DNA of 64,000 bases. It comes from Hyphomicrobiales bacterium. GTDB lineage: Bacteria > Pseudomonadota > Alphaproteobacteria > Rhizobiales > JAJFHB01. Shown in pieces: positions 58,877 through 64,000 of this stretch. The stretch's first letter is position 1. Each line of letters begins with the position of its first letter. The notes under the pieces are model-generated. The model had not been told where the DNA came from. It made no database searches and saw nothing but the letters and a program-made list of their open reading frames with translations. The translations under genes were made by a program, and so were the position numbers. The stretch lies in NCBI GenBank assembly GCA_021775755.1, contig JAJFHE010000050.1, forward strand, positions 343,842 to 407,841. Direction: 5' to 3'.

Positions 58877-59569
58877 TCAACGTCCGCCGCGGCGGGCGAC
58901 ACGCTCAATTTCCTGGCGTACGAGCTCTTCCACAACACCGGGCAGGTTCTCATCGAGCCACGCCTTGAGCATCGGCCGGAGCATTTCCTGTACGAGTTCT
59001 TCAAGCGTGCGTGTCGTGCCGTCTCGGGTCAGCAGCGTTGACGCCAGCTGTCCGAACGCCGCGGCGACCGTGGCATCGGTCGACTGCGACAACAAGGGAT
59101 CTTCAGCGGGTTCCGCCGGCTCCGCGGCAACCTCCTCCATGACATCGGCTTCGGGCTCGTCCATATCAACGAACGCGACGTCCGCGCCGTTGTCGTCAGG
59201 CAGGTCGACACTTTCCTCGTTTGTGTCGATATCTTCAAAGCTGATATCACCGGCGTCGAGGGTATCGAATTCATCGACTTCGGCGGGAGTTTCTTCTTCT
59301 TCAACGACTTCGGTAAGTTCGAAAACGTCCTCGCCTTCGTCCTCGTCTTCTGCAATATCGGCAAATTCAACGTCTATGCCGTCATCCTCGGCGGCCGGTT
59401 CGTCAGCGTCCGGTTGTTCTTCAACAATCTCGGCGGCGAGCTCTTCTTCAACGGCCTCAGGCACGGCTTCATCCTGTTCCGACGGCTGGTCGTCATCGGA
59501 AATGATCCGCCTGATGGAGGCAAGGATCTCCTCCATTGTCGGTTCGTGTGCCTGTTCCATGCTACTCAT
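58877..59569 (-). CDS. popZ: Pole-organizing protein PopZ (DUF2497)
   Basis: 230 aa with N-terminal EPTMEEILASIRRIISDD, a long acidic Pro/Glu/Asp linker and a C-terminal ...TLEELVQEMLRPMLKAWLDENLPGVVEELVRQEIERV. Confidence 0.85.
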   Translation of the reverse strand: MSSMEQAHEPTMEEILASIRRIISDDDQPSEQDEAVPEAVEEELAAEIVEEQPDADEPAAEDDGIDVEFADIAEDEDEGEDVFELTEVVEEEETPAEVDEFDTLDAGDISFEDIDTNEESVDLPDDNGADVAFVDMDEPEADVMEEVAAEPAEPAEDPLLSQSTDATVAAAFGQLASTLLTRDGTTRTLEELVQEMLRPMLKAWLDENLPGVVEELVRQEIERVARRGGR

Positions 59570-59596
59570 TTACCTGTGACGATTGCGTGCGCGCCG

Positions 59597-59612
59597 TTAA
59601 CCGAAGATTAAC
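59597..59612. promoter_or_regulatory. CtrA-type box TTAA-N7-TTAAC upstream of popZ
   Basis: TTAAccgaagaTTAAC, 28-43 nt upstream of the popZ ATG at 59569. Confidence 0.45.
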
Positions 59613-59704
59613 GATGCCTCATCAAACCGGCAATAGACACTCCCGGTCAAGCACGCTGCAGCCCCGATTAACATTAAAGCTGCGCGATGGTTAACACGCT
59701 TTCG

Positions 59705-61096
59705 CTACTCCTCCTCGGCTATTCCAATGCCAAACAACTGATTTCTGACCTGCTCAAGATGTTCCTGCGGGTCGTATATGGCAACCGGCAGGCCGAGCCC
59801 CGAGGCTGTCAACCGCCCGATGGCGGCGAGCAGGCGATAGCCCGCGACGATCTCATTGCGCTTGGATCCCGCGAGCAGAATACGCGATTCGATGAGGTCG
59901 CGGTTGGTGTCGAGGACGTCGAGAATGGTTCGCGAACCGACGAGGGCTTCTTGCTGTATGCCCCGAAAGGCCAGCTGGTTTGCTTCGACCTGGTCGCGGT
60001 CCGAGCGGATCGACTGGCGCGCCGCAACGAGCTGGTTCCACGCCGACACCACCTCTTCGCGCACCAGACGCATGGCTTCGAGCACCTGCAGACGGCGCTG
60101 GCTGTTCAGCTGTTTGGCCTCGCGCACCCGCGAATGCTCGGCGCCCGACTGGTAGAGTGGCACCGTCAAGGTTCCGCTGACGGTTAGCGTATCGGTGTTG
60201 TTGATCCTCGACGTCGGCTCCTCGCGGTGGCTGTACTCGGCGCTGAAATCAATGGTCGGCAGGAGATCGCCGATCGCAACCTCCACCGCATGCATCGAGC
60301 TTTCTTCCGTATGGCGCGCGGCAAGAACAGTTGGATTTACGCCCTGCGCGATCTCGATGGCTTCCTCCAGCGTTTTCGGCAGGAGGTTCATGATCGATTC
60401 GGGATAGGACAGAGATGCGGGCGCGCGGCCGACAACACGCGCATAAAGCGCCCTGCTGGCGCCGAGATTGGCGCGGGCGGTTGCAAGGTCGGAATGCGCC
60501 TGGCTGAGCCGCGCGCGCGATTGCGCCACGTCGGTCTGGGTCAACTCGCCAACTTCAAACCTGGCTTGAGTTCCCTTGACCTGCTCGTTCAAAATGCTGA
60601 CGTTTTCTTCGCGCAGCTGCATGATCCGCGTGTCACGCAATACGTTCATGTAGCCGGTAACGCCGTCCAGCAGCACGGTCTGCTCGACGCCCAGCAAATT
60701 TTGCTGCCCGGCCGCGACTGAGGCTTCAGCTTCCAGCGTGCTGTTGACCGTCTGAAACCCCCTGAATATTGGCTGTGTCAAAGTGACGCCGACACCGTGC
60801 GGATCGGTTGTGGAGTTGGCGCCGGGCTGAGTTTCGGTGTGGGTTTGACCCGCGTCGCCGCTGGCGATGATGGTCGGGCGCCATCCCGCAAGCGCCTGCG
60901 ACACCTGCTCGTCGGTGACGCGCTGGCGCGCCCGTTCGGCACGCAGGGTCGGATTGTTGAGATAGGCCGCGGCCAGCGCATCCTGGAGCGTTTCCGCACT
61001 GGCATTGCCGGCAAGTATCATCGCCGCTGCCACAGTTGCCCCCGCCGTGACACAGCGCGCCCACTCACGCACACCGCTTGAAATACCAAAACGCAT
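59705..61096 (-). CDS. tolC: TolC-family outer-membrane channel
   Basis: ATG 61096 gives signal peptide ...AAAMILAGNASA followed by ETLQDALAAAYLNNPTL. Two repeated alpha/beta halves. Confidence 0.9.
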   Translation of the reverse strand: MRFGISSGVREWARCVTAGATVAAAMILAGNASAETLQDALAAAYLNNPTLRAERARQRVTDEQVSQALAGWRPTIIASGDAGQTHTETQPGANSTTDPHGVGVTLTQPIFRGFQTVNSTLEAEASVAAGQQNLLGVEQTVLLDGVTGYMNVLRDTRIMQLREENVSILNEQVKGTQARFEVGELTQTDVAQSRARLSQAHSDLATARANLGASRALYARVVGRAPASLSYPESIMNLLPKTLEEAIEIAQGVNPTVLAARHTEESSMHAVEVAIGDLLPTIDFSAEYSHREEPTSRINNTDTLTVSGTLTVPLYQSGAEHSRVREAKQLNSQRRLQVLEAMRLVREEVVSAWNQLVAARQSIRSDRDQVEANQLAFRGIQQEALVGSRTILDVLDTNRDLIESRILLAGSKRNEIVAGYRLLAAIGRLTASGLGLPVAIYDPQEHLEQVRNQLFGIGIAEEE

Positions 61097-61314
61097 TACA
61101 AATTGACCCTGCACAGTCCCACTGAAGACGTACTCAAACACGCAGTTAACCACCGTTCCCGTCTAGCCGAGTAAGCTTTCAGTTACGTTAATGAACGCTT
61201 ACCGCCCAAACAGGCCGGGCCCTGGATCATGAACCGGACAAGTCACCTTAGGCCGAATTGAAATGGTGCACCAGACGGATTGCGCTGTGCCTGGCAGATT
61301 GGCGCGCCGTGTTG

Positions 61315-61983
61315 CTAAAACACAAACTCCGGCTCGCTGGCGGCGAAGCCCGGCAGCGGCCCGACCTTAGCGTCAAACGCCGTCTTCTCGGCGAACACAT
61401 CGCCGTGCCGCACGAAAAGACAGGCGCGACCCACGGGACCATCGCCGACGACGGCGACGAGGCGGCCGCGTTCCTTCAGCTGTTCAAGCAGGCTCCGCGG
61501 GACTTCCCGCACCGCGCCGCTCAACACGATCACATCGTAAGGCCCCTCGCCCGCATACCCCTCGTTGAGGGGGCCGGTGACCACGGCGGCGTTGTCGACG
61601 CCCTGTTCGATTGTGGTTTCGATGGCCTGGGCCGACAGAGCCTCATCGCATTCCAGCGCCACGACCGCCTCACTCATGGAGGCCAGTACCGCGGTGGAGT
61701 AACCGCCGCCGCAGCCGACATCGAGCACAACATCGCCTTTTGAAACTTCCGCAAGCTGGGCAAGCTTTGCGAACACCCGCGGGTGCATGAGATAGCGGGT
61801 TTCACCGTCAGAGCCCTCAAGGGGAATATCCTGGTCCATATAGGCCAGATGCCGCAGCGACTGCGGCAGGTAGGCTTCACGGGGAATCGTCGCCATGGCA
61901 TCGATGACGCGCCGGTCCGTAACGCTGCTCGGACGGACCTGCGACTCCACCATGTTCAGACGGGCGATTGCGAAATCGATCAT
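61315..61983 (-). CDS. Protein-L-isoaspartate O-methyltransferase family protein (second, divergent paralogue)
   Basis: 222 aa from ATG 61983 with VLDVGCGGGYSTAVLA (SAM motif). Immediately upstream of tolC on the same strand. Confidence 0.85.
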   Translation of the reverse strand: MIDFAIARLNMVESQVRPSSVTDRRVIDAMATIPREAYLPQSLRHLAYMDQDIPLEGSDGETRYLMHPRVFAKLAQLAEVSKGDVVLDVGCGGGYSTAVLASMSEAVVALECDEALSAQAIETTIEQGVDNAAVVTGPLNEGYAGEGPYDVIVLSGAVREVPRSLLEQLKERGRLVAVVGDGPVGRACLFVRHGDVFAEKTAFDAKVGPLPGFAASEPEFVF

Positions 61984-62126
61984 TGCACGCTCATGTTTGC
62001 GGTTGCCGGGAACTCTTACCTGCAAACAAAAGCATTACAATCTCAAAGCCCGAACGCCAACCCGAAAGTGGTGCGGGCGATTGCGACAGCACCGCGCGGG
62101 GCCTGCTTGAAGATGCCATGAAATGC

Positions 62127-62200
62127 TGGAGGCCACGGCCGGAATCGAACCGGCGTACACGGATTTGCAGTCCGCTGCGTCACCACTCCGCCACGTGGCC
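62127..62200 (-). tRNA. tRNA-Cys (anticodon GCA), CCA encoded
   Basis: Folded by hand: acceptor GGCCACG/CGTGGCC, D stem GCG/CGC, anticodon stem GCGGA/TCCGT with loop CTGCAAA, T arm GCCGG-TTCGATT-CCGGC, discriminator U then CCA. Confidence 0.93.
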
Positions 62201-62533
62201 CCAGAGCTGAAAAACCGCAGGATGAAGCTGTTTTTCTCAAAGGTGACCGATCTCTTCCGGGCAGGTGCCCGGCGCCTTTTCGAATTCCGGCCCGCCGTGG
62301 TGCAGCGGGAGGCTTGAAATGGCCCGAGATCGACGCGGCGGAACATAGAACAAGTTGCCGGGCATGGGCAAGGACAAGCTTTGCGCCGGGGGCGGCTAAT
62401 CGGGCAATGCCGGAGCGGGTTTCAAAATCCGGCCGCCGCGGCTCCCTACGCACCCAAATCGCCGCATCGCGCCCTTACATCTTGCGGATTTTACAGGCAA
62501 AGAGCATGGTGACCTTCAAAAGGGGAGAGTCGC

Positions 62534-63244
62534 GTGGCTCTAGAATCTGAGGATCTGGAAACGCTTTCGGGAATGCCGCTGTTCTCCGCTCTCGATATGC
62601 CGGTACTGTTGCGGCTGATCGGCAATTCCTCACCGCGCACGTATGACCGCGCGCAAGTTCTGTTTGAGGCGGGCGATCCGGCAGAGCGCTTCTTCGTCAT
62701 TCTCGATGGCTGGGTAAAACTCTGCAAACGTTCGATTGACGGACACGAGGTGGTTGTCCGGATCCTCACCCGAGGGGAATGTTTTGCCGAAGCGGTGATG
62801 TTCATGCGCGGCGAGTATCCGGTGAGCGCTGAGGTCATTCGCGAATCGCGCCTGCTATCCATTGAGTTCGACAACATCGCCACGTGCCTGCGCGAGGATC
62901 CTAATCTTGCTTTCGGCATGCTCGCGTCCACATCGCGCCACTTGAAAAAGCTCGTGACGCAAATCGAGCAGATCAAAGGACAGACCGGGGTCCGGCGCGT
63001 CGGCGACTTTATCCTGAGGTTGTGTCCGACCTATGAAGGCAGCGCAGTGGTCGGCCTGCCCTATGAGAAATCCCTTATCGCGGCACGTCTTGGAATGACG
63101 CCGGAGACGTTTTCTCGCGCCCTGTCGCGGCTGCGCGATGTCGGCGTGCGCACGGACCGCGACCACGTCATCGTGTCCGATATCAAACGATTGTCGGACT
63201 TTCTCAGCGCGGAAAGCACATCGCAACGCGGCTTCAAATCGTAA
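62534..63244 (+). CDS. Crp/Fnr-family transcriptional regulator (FixK/Dnr-like; no N-terminal Cys cluster)
   Basis: GTG start after a GGGGAGAG Shine-Dalgarno. cNMP-binding-like fold (FFVILDGWVKL). The HTH segment TPETFSRALSRLRD has the E-x-x-S-R recognition motif used by FNR-class proteins for TTGAT half-sites. Confidence 0.88.
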   Translation: MALESEDLETLSGMPLFSALDMPVLLRLIGNSSPRTYDRAQVLFEAGDPAERFFVILDGWVKLCKRSIDGHEVVVRILTRGECFAEAVMFMRGEYPVSAEVIRESRLLSIEFDNIATCLREDPNLAFGMLASTSRHLKKLVTQIEQIKGQTGVRRVGDFILRLCPTYEGSAVVGLPYEKSLIAARLGMTPETFSRALSRLRDVGVRTDRDHVIVSDIKRLSDFLSAESTSQRGFKS

Positions 63245-64000
63245 GGCTGGCGTGCCGGTTCCGTACCGGCGATGCGGCGCAGAGTTCGTTTGCAATCAAC
63301 GCGGCAACTTCCGAGCGCGCCGCAACCGGTCCCGTGTAGATGCAATCGGCACCCGACGCGTTGCCGAGCAGTCGCGGCAAATCTTCCGCAGAATGAAGCC
63401 CCTCACCGGCGAACATGCCGACGGCCACCGTCGGGCACGCAGTTTCCTGAAGAACCGCTTCAATAAAGGGCTCTTCTTCAAGATAGCCGGTTGACACGGA
63501 CGCAAACTCCTCGCGTGCTGCCAGCGCACTGCGAAGTCTGTCAATCGCGGTATGCGCGTGGGTGTTGGACGCGGAGCCATGCGCAGCCAGAACGACCGTG
63601 ACGTCTGCCGGCGCGTGCCCAAGCCTCAGTGCGCCTTCCCGGGCAATGGCGGCAACCAGATCGGCGACGCCGCCGACAGCGCCCAGAGGCCTGTGTATCG
63701 TCACCTGTCCGGCTCCGGAAAACGCTTTCGGAATGGCGGTTTGCGTGAAGTAGCCTTCGCTCATGAAGAACGGGAACACCCGTAGAGGACAATCCGGTGT
63801 GAGACCCGACAGTGCCGCCTCGACGCCAGGCTCGCCATTGAGGACGCAGTATCTGACGTCCGAGCCCGGCATCAGCGCGCGCAACCGGCTGGCGCAATCC
63901 CTGAGCACTCCATTATCGCCGGCACCGCCGCGTTCGCCATGGGCGACGAGCACGATGGCCGCGTCGGCAGCGGCATCGCGATCAGTGGCTGGTGCCGGCT
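63234..64000 (-). CDS. CbiX/SirB-type (sirohydrochlorin) chelatase, two CbiX-like halves; 5' end may extend past the window
   Basis: VLVAHGERGG... and VVLAAHGSASN... halves. The reading frame stays open to the right window edge. The 3' end overlaps the convergent crp/fnr gene by 11 nt. Confidence 0.7.
   Translation of the reverse strand, partial: PAPATDRDAAADAAIVLVAHGERGGAGDNGVLRDCASRLRALMPGSDVRYCVLNGEPGVEAALSGLTPDCPLRVFPFFMSEGYFTQTAIPKAFSGAGQVTIHRPLGAVGGVADLVAAIAREGALRLGHAPADVTVVLAAHGSASNTHAHTAIDRLRSALAAREEFASVSTGYLEEEPFIEAVLQETACPTVAVGMFAGEGLHSAEDLPRLLGNASGADCIYTGPVAARSEVAALIANELCAASPVRNRHASLTI

Noticed and set aside
62201-62533. 78-aa ORF (62314..62550) and a possible FNR autoregulatory site in the spacer upstream of crp/fnr
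   Set aside because: The ORF product is Arg/Ala-rich with no Shine-Dalgarno and overlaps the regulator's start. I found no TTGAT-N4-ATCAA-like sequence in the spacer. The CCGGG-caggtg-CCCGG hairpin near 62259 has no gene to terminate on its strand.

Overview
High-GC chromosomal core segment with alphaproteobacterial gene order typical of Hyphomicrobiales/Rhizobiales: queA-ppi-coaD-gyrA, ssb, uvrA, trmFO, yajC-secDF, nlpD-pcm-surE-serS-tatCBA, scpBA-nagZ-SPOR-argS, erpA, xthA, valS, popZ, tolC. I support about 60 protein genes, one tRNA-Cys(GCA) and one pseudogene. I saw no rRNA, CRISPR array, transposase, integrase or prophage genes. Most long ORFs in the track that lie antisense to these genes are high-GC shadow ORFs. 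queA is missing from the track because it has a GTG start and runs off the left edge. Several true starts lie downstream of the track's longest-ORF starts. The most interesting content is a complete Anbu (proteasome-like) / circularly permuted ATP-grasp / alpha-E / transglutaminase module at 11.0-16.7 kb, whose function is unknown. Other items worth a second look: an ECF sigma factor with a C-terminal extension paired with a DGPF/YCII protein; a LysR-controlled unassigned operon (aminotransferase, AlaX-like protein, ADP-forming acyl-CoA synthetase, crotonase) preceded by a 44-codon uORF and an intrinsic-terminator hairpin; a perfect FNR/FixK box upstream of ppk2; two perfect CtrA-type boxes, upstream of a LysM-M23 gene and of popZ; an alphaproteobacterial SOS box upstream of ssb; a CDF transporter gene broken by a single in-frame TAA; and a YjgN(DUF898)-M48 peptidase pair behind an AT-rich promoter with an 18-bp palindrome. 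All calls come from reading the sequence and from remembered family motifs. No database search was run.
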